A stretch of 64,000 nt of DNA from a virus, in IMG/VR virus record IMGVR_UViG_641228504_000001; one strand, given 5' to 3'. Below the pieces are notes generated by a model. The model saw only the letters and a list, made by a program, of their open reading frames with translations. It searched no databases and had not been told where the DNA came from. How positions within the stretch are numbered: position 1 is the stretch's first letter; the number at the start of each line of letters is the position of its first letter. Below, in pieces: positions 34,833 to 44,405 of this stretch. The position numbers and the translations under genes are program-made.

Positions 34833-35032
34833 GACCGCCTTCCCGGAACTGCGCGTAGCTGCTGGCCGCCGGGTTCACACCCGGGATGCCGGTCATAGAC
34901 GCCTGGCTCCCCACCAGGCCCGGCCGTGGCGGCGGGATGCACCGGCCACCGGCACCCGCCAGCACACGGTCGCCCGCCGGTGATCGCGGCCTGGGTCGCG
35001 GCGGCGACATCCGCCCACCGCCCGGCCCTCAC
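34829..35032 (-). CDS. Small hypothetical (CAGGC..HPGC), 67 aa
   Basis: Chain of GTGA/ATGA overlaps. Confidence 0.5.
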   Translation of the reverse strand: MRAGRWADVAAATQAAITGGRPCAGGCRWPVHPAATAGPGGEPGVYDRHPGCEPGGQQLRAVPGRRS

Positions 35033-35208
35033 CGCGGCCTCGCTTCCGGGTAGCGGTGCCGCCAGACGGTCCGTACTCGCGACACCCGGGGCAGATCCCC
35101 CGGGGTGCGCCGGTGCCGGCCAGCCGTCCGGACCTCGGCCTGGACCGGCCGGGGCAGGGGCAGGGTGCGCGGGGCGGGCAGCCAGCCCCGCCAGATGGTC
35201 GGGATCAC
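35029..35208 (-). CDS. Small basic hypothetical, 59 aa
   Basis: GTGA overlaps on both sides. Confidence 0.45.
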   Translation of the reverse strand: MIPTIWRGWLPAPRTLPLPRPVQAEVRTAGRHRRTPGDLPRVSRVRTVWRHRYPEARPR

Positions 35209-35480
35209 CGCCCCGCCCCCTCACGGCCGGCGAGCCGCTCCCGCGCGGCCACCAGACCCACCCGCAGCCGCTGGGAGGTGCTGATCGCCTGGTCCCGGTC
35301 GGCGCAGGCCTGCCGCAGGTCGGCGGACAGACCGCGGGCCAGGTCCCGCCACTGGGCGGCCTGCCGGGTCCGCCGCTCATAGGCGGCCGTCGTGGTGTCC
35401 AGCTCGTCCTTCAGGCGGGCCCGCTCGGCATCCGCCTTATCCAGCTCGGCGGTCAGCTCCCGCACCATGTCGTCAGTCAT
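35205..35480 (-). CDS. Coiled-coil hypothetical, 91 aa
   Basis: ATG overlaps the pentapeptide gene stop. Confidence 0.55.
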   Translation of the reverse strand: MTDDMVRELTAELDKADAERARLKDELDTTTAAYERRTRQAAQWRDLARGLSADLRQACADRDQAISTSQRLRVGLVAARERLAGREGAGR

Positions 35481-36100
35481 CACAGGTCCGCGCCCCACAG
35501 ATTCGCGTCCGTCAGGTCCGCGTCCGTCAGGTCCGCGTCCGTCAGGTCCGCGCCCGTCAGGTCCGCGCCCGACAGGCCCGCGCCCCGCAGATTTGCGCCC
35601 CGCAGATTTGCGCCCGACAGGTCCGCGTCCCACAGGCCCGCGCCCCGCAGATTTGCGCCCGACAGGTCCGCGCCCCGCAGATTTGCGCCCCACAGGTCCG
35701 CGTCCCGCAGGTTCGCGCCGCAGCCGTGCTCACGGACCAGACGCGCGCCATCCACGATGTCCACGACGTACGCCCGCCTCAGCCGCCACGTATCCCCGCA
35801 GGCGTCGGAGAGCAGGTCAGCGGTCGACCACGCGCACAGCAGCAGAGTCACCGCCGGCACACAGCCGGAGGCCATCGCCCTCCAGGTCCGCGCCAGACAG
35901 ATTCCGTCCCCGGGTGAGGTCGGGGACTCGCTGGTGTTGTCGGTGTCGATCGGCCCCGGCGCGTGAGCCCACTGGCTGGGCCCAGGCCACCGGTACGCGT
36001 GCTGCGAGCGCAGATCGGCGGTGACGGTGCGGATCCCCCACCGGTCGCAGCCGGCAGGCAGAGCGCGGTCGGCAGTCAGGACATCAAGCAAGCTCTTCAC
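35480..36100 (-). CDS. Pentapeptide-repeat protein with N-terminal domain, 206 aa
   Basis: C-terminal run of A(D/N/G)Lxx repeats; GTG overlaps upstream TGA. Confidence 0.85.
   Translation of the reverse strand: MKSLLDVLTADRALPAGCDRWGIRTVTADLRSQHAYRWPGPSQWAHAPGPIDTDNTSESPTSPGDGICLARTWRAMASGCVPAVTLLLCAWSTADLLSDACGDTWRLRRAYVVDIVDGARLVREHGCGANLRDADLWGANLRGADLSGANLRGAGLWDADLSGANLRGANLRGAGLSGADLTGADLTDADLTDADLTDANLWGADL
35482..35720. repeat. Imperfect 15-bp tandem repeats encoding pentapeptides
   Basis: e.g. CAGGTCCGCGTCCGT tandem copies. Confidence 0.85.
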
Positions 36101-36327
36101 GTGAGGCTCCAGATCAGCAGGGCGGCCACGAGGTAGATAGCGGCGCCGATCGGCACGCCGACCAGCAGGGCAGAGACGATGCGAACGGTGTCCGCGTGCG
36201 GATGCGGCGCGGCGGCGTGACGGGCTCCCTCCACCGCCGGACACGCCAGGCCATGGGTGCGGCCGGGCGCGGTCAGGCAGCCGGGGCACACCCCGGGGCC
36301 CGAGTGGGTCTGCTCGTGACGTGCCAT
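36097..36327 (-). CDS. Small protein with CPGC motif and C-terminal TM helix
   Basis: ORF track; overlaps. Confidence 0.55.
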   Translation of the reverse strand: MARHEQTHSGPGVCPGCLTAPGRTHGLACPAVEGARHAAAPHPHADTVRIVSALLVGVPIGAAIYLVAALLIWSLT

Positions 36328-36328
36328 G

Positions 36329-36568
36329 TCAGACCACCTCCCGCAGAGCCGGATCAGTCAGCGGCTCCAGCCCGGGGCAGTGCGGCGGCAGCGTCACCGG
36401 CTCCATGTAGGCCTCCGGCGGCGGGTACTCGCCGGTCGCGACCCCCCGCCAGTAGGCGCACACCTCGCCGTCGTGGGGCTCCCCGGGCAGATGCCCACAC
36501 AGCGGGTCCTCGACGGTGATCGGCTCGGCGGCGGCGTCGGCCGTGAGCGGCCACGTGGAGGCGCTCAT
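36329..36568 (-). CDS. Small hypothetical, 79 aa
   Basis: ATGA overlap. Confidence 0.5.
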   Translation of the reverse strand: MSASTWPLTADAAAEPITVEDPLCGHLPGEPHDGEVCAYWRGVATGEYPPPEAYMEPVTLPPHCPGLEPLTDPALREVV

Positions 36569-37008
36569 GCCGTCACCGTCCGGGCGTGCTCGGCGGCGGC
36601 CCGCAGACCAGCCACCACCTCCTGCTGGCTGTGGCTGTCACTCCACACCGTCCCACCAAGGGCGGCGGCGATCGCCTCCACCACGGGCCGGCGCTCCTCG
36701 TGTCCAGCCTCGACGACCGACCCGACACGCAGGGACAGGCTCGCGTGCACCTCGGGGGCCGGCGTGCCGGCGAGAGAGCCCACCAGGTCAGCCACCGCAC
36801 GCAGGTCGGCAGCGAGGGCCAGCCAGTAGTCCGTGTCGCACCGGCCATCGATCAGGCCGGACGAGTTGTGCTCGCGCACGTCCACCCCGCACTCACGCGG
36901 GCAGGACATGTAGCCCGGCTCGGCCAGGTGCGGCGTGGCCGGCTCAGCGTCGGCCTGGGCGGCGGCGCAGACTGGCCGCTCAGTGGTTGGGTTACTCTGC
37001 GATTGCAT
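36565..37008 (-). CDS. Hypothetical protein
   Basis: AGGAG RBS at ATG 37008. Confidence 0.55.
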   Translation of the reverse strand: MQSQSNPTTERPVCAAAQADAEPATPHLAEPGYMSCPRECGVDVREHNSSGLIDGRCDTDYWLALAADLRAVADLVGSLAGTPAPEVHASLSLRVGSVVEAGHEERRPVVEAIAAALGGTVWSDSHSQQEVVAGLRAAAEHARTVTA

Positions 37009-37079
37009 CTGGACTCCTTGGTTGATCAGGTTCTGGTCCGGGTGTCGAGCCCTTCGCCGACCGCAGATCGGCGGGGGGC

Positions 37080-37295
37080 TCACTTCATCGACCGCTTCGC
37101 GTCGATGAGGTCGAACAGGCGCTGTCGCTGCCACTCCCGCCTCTCGGCGTCGGTGGCGGAACGCCACTCCAGGCCGGGACTCGAGTCCGAGGCCGGGGCC
37201 GGCGGCACCGGTGGCGCGGTGAGACCAGCGGCGACCAGCGCCAAACCGGTCACGATCTGGGCGACCGCGCGGGCCAGCAGAGCGGCGGCGGTCAC
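37080..37295 (-). CDS. Small hydrophobic-N-terminus hypothetical
   Basis: GTGA overlap with antirepressor stop. Confidence 0.45.
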   Translation of the reverse strand: MTAAALLARAVAQIVTGLALVAAGLTAPPVPPAPASDSSPGLEWRSATDAERREWQRQRLFDLIDAKRSMK

Positions 37296-38143
37296 TGGAT
37301 CAGCGCCGTCTGCTCATGCGTCCGCAACGGCTGCGTACCGCCAAGCCGGCGGTGCAGCAGATGCAGGCCCCGGGTGGTGACCCGCACCTGAGGCGTATCG
37401 AGCACCAGCTCACCGGTGCGCGGGTGGTAGTGCGTCGAGGGCAGCTCCGACAGCCAGCCCGACTCGATCGCCCGCTGGTACGGCCGCCAACGACCGTCAG
37501 CACGCTGCCGATAGATCCACTGCTGCTCGCCGAGAACCGTGAACAGGCGTCGCTCCCCGAGGTCCAGACCCGGATCGCGCGATAGCACCTTGGCGGCGTC
37601 CCGCACGGACCAGTCGCCCTCCGCCGAGGCGAGGGTGTCCCACGACGCCGCCTTCGGCGCGGCCTCCGCCAACTCGGCGGCCTGCGCGTCAAGCTGCCGG
37701 GCCTGATCCGCGGCAAGCTGCAACGCATCCGCGTACGACTGCGGCACCGCCGGCACCGACTCGTACCGGCCCGTCGCCCGAATCGCGGGCAACACGTCGT
37801 GGGTCACCCAGCGCTTGAACGCCTTCGCCTCCGGCTTGCGACTACGGAGAATCAGTGAGTACAGCCCGGCCTCGCTGACGACGTTCGTCATGAGCACCCG
37901 GTCCGACCCGTCATCAGTAGTGACGGGTGCCTGCCGCACCTCATCGTCGTCGAGGTAGCTCACCGCTTGGCGCGGGTTGCCGATCTCCAGTGCCCTACAC
38001 ACGTCGACAGCGACGAACCACGGCTCATTGCCAACCGTGACCGTCCGCAACGGGAGATCGCCGAATTCAAAGGTTGTGATCTCGCGGCCGGGACCGGTGG
38101 TGCCGCCAGGTCCAGGTCCGGCGGGGCCTTGGGGATGAGTCAT
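37292..38143 (-). CDS. Antirepressor (BRO-N plus ANT/KilA-C)
   Basis: EPWFVA.DVCRALEI.N, VSEAGLY.LILRSRKPEAK.FKRWVT.DVLP.IR.TG.Y; VRVT.RGL. Confidence 0.9.
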   Translation of the reverse strand: MTHPQGPAGPGPGGTTGPGREITTFEFGDLPLRTVTVGNEPWFVAVDVCRALEIGNPRQAVSYLDDDEVRQAPVTTDDGSDRVLMTNVVSEAGLYSLILRSRKPEAKAFKRWVTHDVLPAIRATGRYESVPAVPQSYADALQLAADQARQLDAQAAELAEAAPKAASWDTLASAEGDWSVRDAAKVLSRDPGLDLGERRLFTVLGEQQWIYRQRADGRWRPYQRAIESGWLSELPSTHYHPRTGELVLDTPQVRVTTRGLHLLHRRLGGTQPLRTHEQTALIQ

Positions 38144-38394
38144 TCGGACACCGCCCGACCCTGGGCACGCTTCCGTTCCATAAAGGCGAGGAGGGCAGTA
38201 CGGGGCACGCGTCGGGACCAACCGACCTTGATCGACTCGATGCCAGTACCGGGTTCGTCTTCCTCGTCCTTGACGAGTTGCCAGACGGTCCGCGGGCCCA
38301 GGTCCAAGAGCTCAGCTGCACGCGGCACCTTGTAGGCGATCTGCTCCGATTCAGTGCCACTCGCAGCATTGCTGTGTGATGCGTTGCCATGCAT
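38140..38394 (-). CDS. Excisionase-like HTH protein, 84 aa
   Basis: AYKVPRAAELL.L..RTVW.L...I.S.KVG..RRVP; divergent from repressor. Confidence 0.8.
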   Translation of the reverse strand: MHGNASHSNAASGTESEQIAYKVPRAAELLDLGPRTVWQLVKDEEDEPGTGIESIKVGWSRRVPRTALLAFMERKRAQGRAVSE

Positions 38395-38398
38395 GGCA
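38385..38398. promoter_or_regulatory. Perfect 14-bp palindrome TGCCATGCATGGCA; candidate repressor operator
   Basis: Overlaps the xis start, in the genetic-switch region. Confidence 0.45.
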
Positions 38399-38614
38399 CT
38401 ACCGTATCGCAATGCCACGCATAGCATCACATCGGCCGTTCGGATGATTCTGCACCTGGCCACCAGAGCTACCCTGTAAGCCATGCATAGCCGTGCAGGA
38501 CCAAGAGTCCTCCAGCTGAGACCGCGCACTATCGGCGCACGTCACCGCAACCGTCCACGGCATCGCTGCCGTCCACGAGATAACAGGCCCGCGAATGGCA
38601 CCTACGGTGACCTC

Positions 38615-39049
38615 GTGGCAGCATCCCCATCCCCTACACCGTCACCCGAGGTCGCGCGAGCGCGCTTCGCAGCCTTCGTCGCCCGTGCTCTGGCATCCGC
38701 AGGCGACCGCGGCATGACCAACAAAGACATCGCGAAGGCAACAGGGGTAGGACCGTCCACGTTCCACCGGTGGCGTCGCGGCGAGGGACGCGAACTACCA
38801 GAGATCGAGAAGGTAAGGGCATTTTGCGCCGGCCTCGGCATCTCCCCCGCCGGTGCGCTCGCCGCACTCGGACTCGATCCCTCTCGCGACGACCCCGAGC
38901 CCGAGCCACCGCTACCACCCGAGGTCCGACAGATCCTCCGGACGCTGGCCGACCCCAACGTCTCGGAGGCAGACAAGCTCGTACTACAGGAGATGCTCAA
39001 GATGCTTGCCGACCGCGCAGACCGCGCCGGACGAGGCAGGGCACCCTAA
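38615..39049 (+). CDS. Immunity repressor (XRE HTH), probably leaderless, 144 aa
   Basis: GMTNKDIAKATGVGPSTFHRW; TACGGT -10 lies 6 nt before GTG; coupled to integrase. Confidence 0.8.
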   Translation: MAASPSPTPSPEVARARFAAFVARALASAGDRGMTNKDIAKATGVGPSTFHRWRRGEGRELPEIEKVRAFCAGLGISPAGALAALGLDPSRDDPEPEPPLPPEVRQILRTLADPNVSEADKLVLQEMLKMLADRADRAGRGRAP

Positions 39050-40386
39050 TGCCCCGCCGCCGGTATCCCACCATTAGCAAAGGCAGTGACGGGTGGTTTC
39101 ATGCCTGGGTCACGGTGGGCACGAAGAGCAACGGGCGGCCCGATCAGCGGCACATCAAACGGGCCACGGTAGAGCAGGTAGAGACACGGATAGACGAGCT
39201 ACTAGAGCAGGCCCGCACTGCTACGGTCCCGCGCGGCGGTCGCGGACCCACCGTTAACACCTGGCTGATCAGTACCTATCTGGAGACAATCGCCCCCGGA
39301 AAGATTGATCCAACGACCGTCCAGGGCTACCGGAGTAAGGTCACAAATTACGTTGTGCCAGTTATTGGTGCCCTTCGGATGGATCGCGTAATAGCTGATA
39401 ACATCGATGCCGTTTACACAGAGATGCGGCGTCGAGGTCTCGCTGATGCCACGGTACTACAGGTCCACCGTATTCTTTCCCGCGCATGGAAAGTTGCCGC
39501 TCGGCGACGTGTTGTGCCACGAAACATCATGCTCGATGTCGACCCGCCAAGTGCAAAGCGTCAAGAGATGGAACCGCTCACGGAAGACGAGGCTAAGGCG
39601 ACGCTGGCGGCAGCCCACCGACGCCGCAACTCGGCCCGCTGGTCCGTCGGGTTCGCGGTTGGCACCCGCCAGGGTGAGGCGCTCGGCCTACGTTGGCCGC
39701 ACCTCCTCGTAGAGTGCGACGACTGCGGGGCAACGGTGAAGTTGGCGGACTGGTGGGCCGGGCAACTGGTGCAGTGCCGAGGCTGCAACTCGGTGAATGT
39801 CGGCGCCGTCGCCCGGATCTGGTGGCAGCTTCACCGGCGAGCGCACGAACACGGCTGCGCTCCTCAGGCCCCATGGCCTTGTGGTCGACGTCGTGGCGGC
39901 AACTGCCCAAACAAACGACTGGTCCTGCGATCGGGCGAGATTCACGTCGGCGGCGGACTGATTCTTAAGGAACCCAAGGGAAAGAGCAAGCGGACCATTC
40001 CGATCCCGCAGGAACTTGTCGATAGCCTCCGAGCGCACTACGAAGTGCAGAACTTGGAGCGAATGGTGGCTGAGGCTGCATACGCCTCGCATGGCTTCGT
40101 CTTCGCCGACCAGCTCGGCGGCCCGATCGACCCAGCCGAAGACTGGCGGGAGTGGAAGACCCTAATCGCGGATGCCGGCGTACGGGACGCTCGGGTGCAT
40201 GACGGCCGGCATACTGCGGCAACGCTGCTTCTCGCTCAGGGAGTCGACATCCGGGTGGTCCAGGAGCTGCTTGGGCACTCCTCGATCAAGGTCACCGAGG
40301 GATACACCCACGTCGCCTCGAAGCTGGCCCGGGACGCTACGGAGCGTATGGGAAAGCGGCTGTTCGGAACGCCAGGTACACCCTGA
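39049..40386 (+). CDS. int: Phage tyrosine integrase with Cys-rich insertions, 445 aa
   Basis: GTRQGEALGL, EPK, HDGRH, LLGH, Y; arm-binding N-terminus; TAATG overlap. Confidence 0.95.
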   Translation: MPRRRYPTISKGSDGWFHAWVTVGTKSNGRPDQRHIKRATVEQVETRIDELLEQARTATVPRGGRGPTVNTWLISTYLETIAPGKIDPTTVQGYRSKVTNYVVPVIGALRMDRVIADNIDAVYTEMRRRGLADATVLQVHRILSRAWKVAARRRVVPRNIMLDVDPPSAKRQEMEPLTEDEAKATLAAAHRRRNSARWSVGFAVGTRQGEALGLRWPHLLVECDDCGATVKLADWWAGQLVQCRGCNSVNVGAVARIWWQLHRRAHEHGCAPQAPWPCGRRRGGNCPNKRLVLRSGEIHVGGGLILKEPKGKSKRTIPIPQELVDSLRAHYEVQNLERMVAEAAYASHGFVFADQLGGPIDPAEDWREWKTLIADAGVRDARVHDGRHTAATLLLAQGVDIRVVQELLGHSSIKVTEGYTHVASKLARDATERMGKRLFGTPGTP

Positions 40387-40404
40387 CGTACACCCTTGAT
40401 CTTG
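40376..40404 (+). repeat. Putative arm-type site pair GTACACCCTGACGTACACCCTTGATCTTG
   Basis: Direct repeat of 40544-40572; contains the integrase stop codon. Confidence 0.7.
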
Positions 40405-40423
40405 GCGTACGCCAGGTTTTGCC

Positions 40424-40468
40424 TGGTGGGGCGGGCGGGACTTGAACCCGCGACCGAGGGATTATGAG
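40424..40468 (-). repeat. att core at the tandem junction (reconstituted attP)
   Basis: Identical to 5298-5342; flanked by both phage arms. Confidence 0.9.
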
Positions 40469-40543
40469 ACTCCCGGGTAAAGGTGCACGACACTGCACAG
40501 CCTACGTATTCGTTAGCCGTGCAGTGTCAAACAAGGGGGTGCA

Positions 40544-40572
40544 GTACACCCTGATATACACCCTTGATCTTG
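40544..40572 (+). repeat. Arm-type site pair (copy 2)
   Basis: Copy of 5418-5446. Confidence 0.7.
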
Positions 40573-40600
40573 CACAGACAGTAGCCAAGGATCGGACAAC

Positions 40601-41002
40601 CTACGTCACGTCGCCCAGCAGCCTCCGCGCGATCGCCCGTGCCGCCGCGATCACCTCCGGCGTCAGACCAACGCCACCCGTCGGCAGCCCCGCCACTCCC
40701 CTCCCCGCCTCGAACCCTCGCGCCAATGCCTCATCAACGGCGCGCTGCTGCTCAGCATGAGCAGTTACGGTCGCGGCAGCCACACCACGTAGGTACGCCT
40801 GTTCCACCTCCCGCGCATGGTGGTCCTCGTCCGCCTCGCGGCAGCGCCGAACTTCGCCTCGGAGCCACTGATTCTCCTGCCTGAGTCGCTGATTTGTCGC
40901 GGCTGCCCTCGATCCGCGTTGGTAGATGGCGGCGGCAGCGTGTGCGGCGCGGACAATCAATGGCACGGTGGGCGGGCGCCGGCGTCGAGCTATCAGCTCC
41001 AC
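40601..41002 (-). CDS. Hypothetical coiled-coil protein (copy 2)
   Basis: Copy of 5475-5876. Confidence 0.55.
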   Translation of the reverse strand: MELIARRRRPPTVPLIVRAAHAAAAIYQRGSRAAATNQRLRQENQWLRGEVRRCREADEDHHAREVEQAYLRGVAAATVTAHAEQQRAVDEALARGFEAGRGVAGLPTGGVGLTPEVIAAARAIARRLLGDVT

Positions 41003-41302
41003 GAATCCCCATGTGTGTGCAACAGTGGTCTTACTGCGAGTGACGCGCTTACGCTTCACCACAGCTATTCCCTCCCCATTCGGTCCCCCCACCAGCCTCT
41101 GCGTTTCGGGGTGGGCCTCTGATCAGACTCCGACTCGGCGATCATTTCTAGTGACCGTGCGTAAAACTGCCGGTTGGGATGTCGCCGCGCATGACCGAAA
41201 GTGCTACTAGAACAACGGGCTCGCACGGCACAACCCCTGTTTGAGCGAAAGCGGCATCCCATAGCCGGCTATCTGTCCTGACAGGACGGCAGCACATCGC
41301 CA

Positions 41303-41893
41303 CTACTGGGCCGGGTACCAGTCCACCGCACGGGGCTGCAGCAGTCCCGGCAGCGTTGCGCCTGCCACCTCTACTCGTGGGAGACGGTGCGGGGGTAGGT
41401 GGCCCCAGCTGCCCATCACCACCAGCTGGACCTCATCGGCGGCCATCATTCGGACCACGCCTGGCCACTCGTGCGCGTCGGGTGTCTCGACCACGAGGTC
41501 GCGCACGGTCAGGCCGGCGCGGTCTGCCCATGTCAGGCCCCGACGTCTCCACAGCTCCACATCCCAGGGTGGGACGTAGACGAGCGTGCGCAGCCCGCGT
41601 CCATGGCGCACTGGCTGCCGCCGGCCGATGGTCTCGACCCGCGCCATGCGGTCGGCTGGTAGGTCAGCCAGGCTGGCTACCACGACGATGTCGATGTCGC
41701 CGTCGGCCATCATGACGAGCAGATCACCCCACCGGGTGGCGTCGGGGGTCTCGTCGATGACGGACACCAGTTCGTAGCCGCATTCCGTGGACCAGGCGGT
41801 GCAGGTTGGCTGCCAGCGTCCGATCTGCCGCGTGGGTCCGTAGATCGCGGCGCGTAGGGGTGGGGATGGGTGGCGGGTGGGCTGGCTTCGCAT
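41303..41893 (-). CDS. Tandem degenerate resolvase-like protein (copy 2)
   Basis: Copy of 6177-6767. Confidence 0.7.
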   Translation of the reverse strand: MRSQPTRHPSPPLRAAIYGPTRQIGRWQPTCTAWSTECGYELVSVIDETPDATRWGDLLVMMADGDIDIVVVASLADLPADRMARVETIGRRQPVRHGRGLRTLVYVPPWDVELWRRRGLTWADRAGLTVRDLVVETPDAHEWPGVVRMMAADEVQLVVMGSWGHLPPHRLPRVEVAGATLPGLLQPRAVDWYPAQ

Positions 41894-42475
41894 GGCGGAG
41901 TGGATGACCTCCTCGGATGCCTGGCGGGAGCGTGCGAGTAGAACACATGTACGAATGAAATGGGAAGAGTTCTCCCGGTGTGTCGTGGGCGGGGGTGGGG
42001 TGGTGGTGCGCAACGGGTCACGTTGGGTTGTGACGGCCCGTCACCGGATGATCACTTGGCCGGATCAAGTTTAGTACCAGATTGATAATCGACAAGCAAT
42101 ATCCACGAATGGGATTCGCATGATCCGTGTCTTGTTAAATGTCCGACACGTATCTCCGGTCGACGGCGTGACCGATTTAGAGGCTAGCCAGAATTGCTGC
42201 CTCATGTTATTGCGCGCGAAGTATCCACAATACAACACGGTCTGTTACTGACGGCGTGACGTGGTGGGCGGGGAGTACCGTCGACTGTGGCGGCCTGCCG
42301 GGGGTCGATGCCGGCGGCAGCGCCTGGATCGGGGCGACAAAGTAGGGGCCGGATGTGCGGTCCGACCCCTTGCGCGCCCCGCCACGGTAGCAGGAGACAT
42401 CGACGCGACGTACTGTGCCAATGGACGCCGGTTTCGTGCGGGAACCGGCACTTCACCCTCGTGCGGGAGGGCACC

Positions 42476-43669
42476 ATGAGTGACTACATCGGATTGCGCG
42501 TCGCTCGGTGGCGCGACATCAGCGGCATGACCCAACACGACCTGGCCAGCGCTGTCGGTGTGACTCCGGCCTACATCAGCATGCTGGAGAACGGGCGCCG
42601 GCCGGTGGCCAAACGGTCACTGCTTATCGCGCTGGCCAGCGCGCTGCAGGTCAGCATCACCGATCTGACCGGTCAACCCGCGACGCCCCGCAGCTCCGAC
42701 GACCTCGCGATCTACGGTGCCGTCCCTGCCCTACGCGGCGCGCTCGACGACGAACCCGAGGCCGGCCCGCTGCCGTCGCTGGCCGACGTCGCCTCCCGCA
42801 CGGACGCGGTCATGTCCGCGCGGATGGCCTGCGACTACCAGAGCCTGGCCCGGCTCCTGCCCCCGCTGGTCGCTGATACCCGCCAGCTCGCCAACTCCGG
42901 AGACGAGCACGCGTTGGCGCTGTTCGTGCGGACCGCGGTCACCGCAGCATTGGCGATCAAGCCGTTTGGGTACGTCGATCTGAGCGCGCGGTACGCAGAG
43001 CGCGCCGACGTCGCCGCCGATCGCCTCGGTAGGCAAATCGAGTCGGCGGCGGCGGCGTTCGCGCTCGCACAGACCGCGCTGGCATCCGGCACCACCGGTG
43101 GGCGCCGCCGGTCGCTGATGACCGCGGTCGCCGCTGCCGAACGTCTCGGTGACGACGGTGACGACGCCGCCCTCACGTGGTACGGCATGCTGCACCTGCA
43201 CGCCGCCCTGTCGGCGGCCTCACTCGACATCGGCGACTCCGACAGTCATCTCGCCGAGGCGGGTGCCGCGGCTCGTCGCGCGGGATCGGATCCGTGGCGG
43301 ATGGAGTTCACCTCCACAAACGTCGACATCTGGCGTATCGGGGTGGCGGTTGAGAACGGCGAGCCCGAGCGGGCTCCCGAGTACGCCCGCCAGGTCGACC
43401 GGTCCCGTATCCGCACCGCGAACCGCCGCGCCCGGATGCACATCGACACGGGGCGCGGCTGGTACGCCGCCGGCGACCAGGACCGCGCCATCCTGTCGTG
43501 GCTGGAGGCTGACGAGGCGTCACCGGCGGAGCTGCGGTCCCGGCCGAGTGTGCGGGAGTTGGTCGGACAGATGATCCGTGACTCTCGTCGACGCGGCTCC
43601 GATGAGCTGCGGGACCTGGCGACACGGGTTGGTGTCGACCCGCTCGATCCCGACCACGACCAGACTTAA
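42476..43669 (+). CDS. XRE-HTH/TPR-like regulator (copy 2)
   Basis: Copy of 7350-8543. Confidence 0.85.
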   Translation: MSDYIGLRVARWRDISGMTQHDLASAVGVTPAYISMLENGRRPVAKRSLLIALASALQVSITDLTGQPATPRSSDDLAIYGAVPALRGALDDEPEAGPLPSLADVASRTDAVMSARMACDYQSLARLLPPLVADTRQLANSGDEHALALFVRTAVTAALAIKPFGYVDLSARYAERADVAADRLGRQIESAAAAFALAQTALASGTTGGRRRSLMTAVAAAERLGDDGDDAALTWYGMLHLHAALSAASLDIGDSDSHLAEAGAAARRAGSDPWRMEFTSTNVDIWRIGVAVENGEPERAPEYARQVDRSRIRTANRRARMHIDTGRGWYAAGDQDRAILSWLEADEASPAELRSRPSVRELVGQMIRDSRRRGSDELRDLATRVGVDPLDPDHDQT

Positions 43670-43813
43670 CTAGCAGTTACTCTCCCGATACCGCCGTCGG
43701 TCGATAGTCCGTGTGACGGCGGTTTCCGGTCTTCCCTCCCCGTAACTGGGTAGGGGCGGTCGCAGCCAGAGAGCCGGCCGTCTCGCCACCATCGAGGGTG
43801 AGGGAGTACGCGC

Positions 43814-43993
43814 ATGTTCCGGCTGTTCCGCAAACGCCGCCGCCGTTCCGGGCGGCTGGATGCGACCGGCCCGGCCACGGTGTACGCCGGGCGGGCCGGC
43901 GCCTACCGGCCGCTACGCGATCAGCCGACGGTGATCCTTGATACGCGGCCGTTGATGACCCGGTTGGCCCGGCAGCGGGCCTGCTCCCGGTGA
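43814..43993 (+). CDS. Arg-rich microprotein (copy 2)
   Basis: Copy of 8688-8867. Confidence 0.6.
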   Translation: MFRLFRKRRRRSGRLDATGPATVYAGRAGAYRPLRDQPTVILDTRPLMTRLARQRACSR

Positions 43994-44223
43994 TGGCCAC
44001 CCACGCCCGGCCTACCCCGATCGGCCTGTCGCCGGCGCAGCTGCGTAACCGGATGATCGTGTCGGCCCGGCGGATCATCGTCGAGCACTGGCCCCGGGTG
44101 GACCGGTGCCCGGTGTGCGGATCCACCTGGCCGTGCACGCCCACCGGCTACGCCTACGACTACCTGGCCTCGGTGGGGCAGGGCGATTGGGCGCCACCTG
44201 AGCAGGTCCTGGGCCGGCGGTAG
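43990..44223 (+). CDS. CPxC..WPC small protein (copy 2)
   Basis: Copy of 8864-9097. Confidence 0.65.
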   Translation: MMATHARPTPIGLSPAQLRNRMIVSARRIIVEHWPRVDRCPVCGSTWPCTPTGYAYDYLASVGQGDWAPPEQVLGRR

Positions 44224-44267
44224 TCCCGGCCCTCGTTCATCCGACAACTGGAAGGGGATGGCCTGTC

Positions 44268-44405
44268 ATGCGTGTCCGGTCCTGGCGTTGCAATCCGCCG
44301 CCACCACCGCTACCCCAACGGATCCGGAAGGATCACCAGCCGACCACGACATCGAACCCGACACCGAATCCGGATCCGGACCGGCTGAACGGGGGCCACT
44401 GGTGA
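44268..44405 (+). CDS. Pro-rich microprotein (copy 2)
   Basis: Copy of 9142-9279. Confidence 0.5.
   Translation: MRVRSWRCNPPPPPLPQRIRKDHQPTTTSNPTPNPDPDRLNGGHW

Larger units (their letters stand above)
5298..40423. mobile_element. Complete temperate siphovirus-like prophage, copy 1 (35,126 bp)
   Basis: Bounded by tRNA-derived cores; has integrase, repressor, replication, packaging, head, tail and lysis genes. Confidence 0.95.

Noticed and set aside
35481-35693. GRGPD/GRKSA repeat protein (N-terminal extension of ORF 35205-35693)
   Set aside because: Alternative frame of the pentapeptide repeats; the real start is ATG 35480.
38770-39048. N-terminal extension of integrase in the ORF track
   Set aside because: Overlaps the repressor gene; the TAATG-coupled ATG 39049 gives a typical arm-binding N-terminus.
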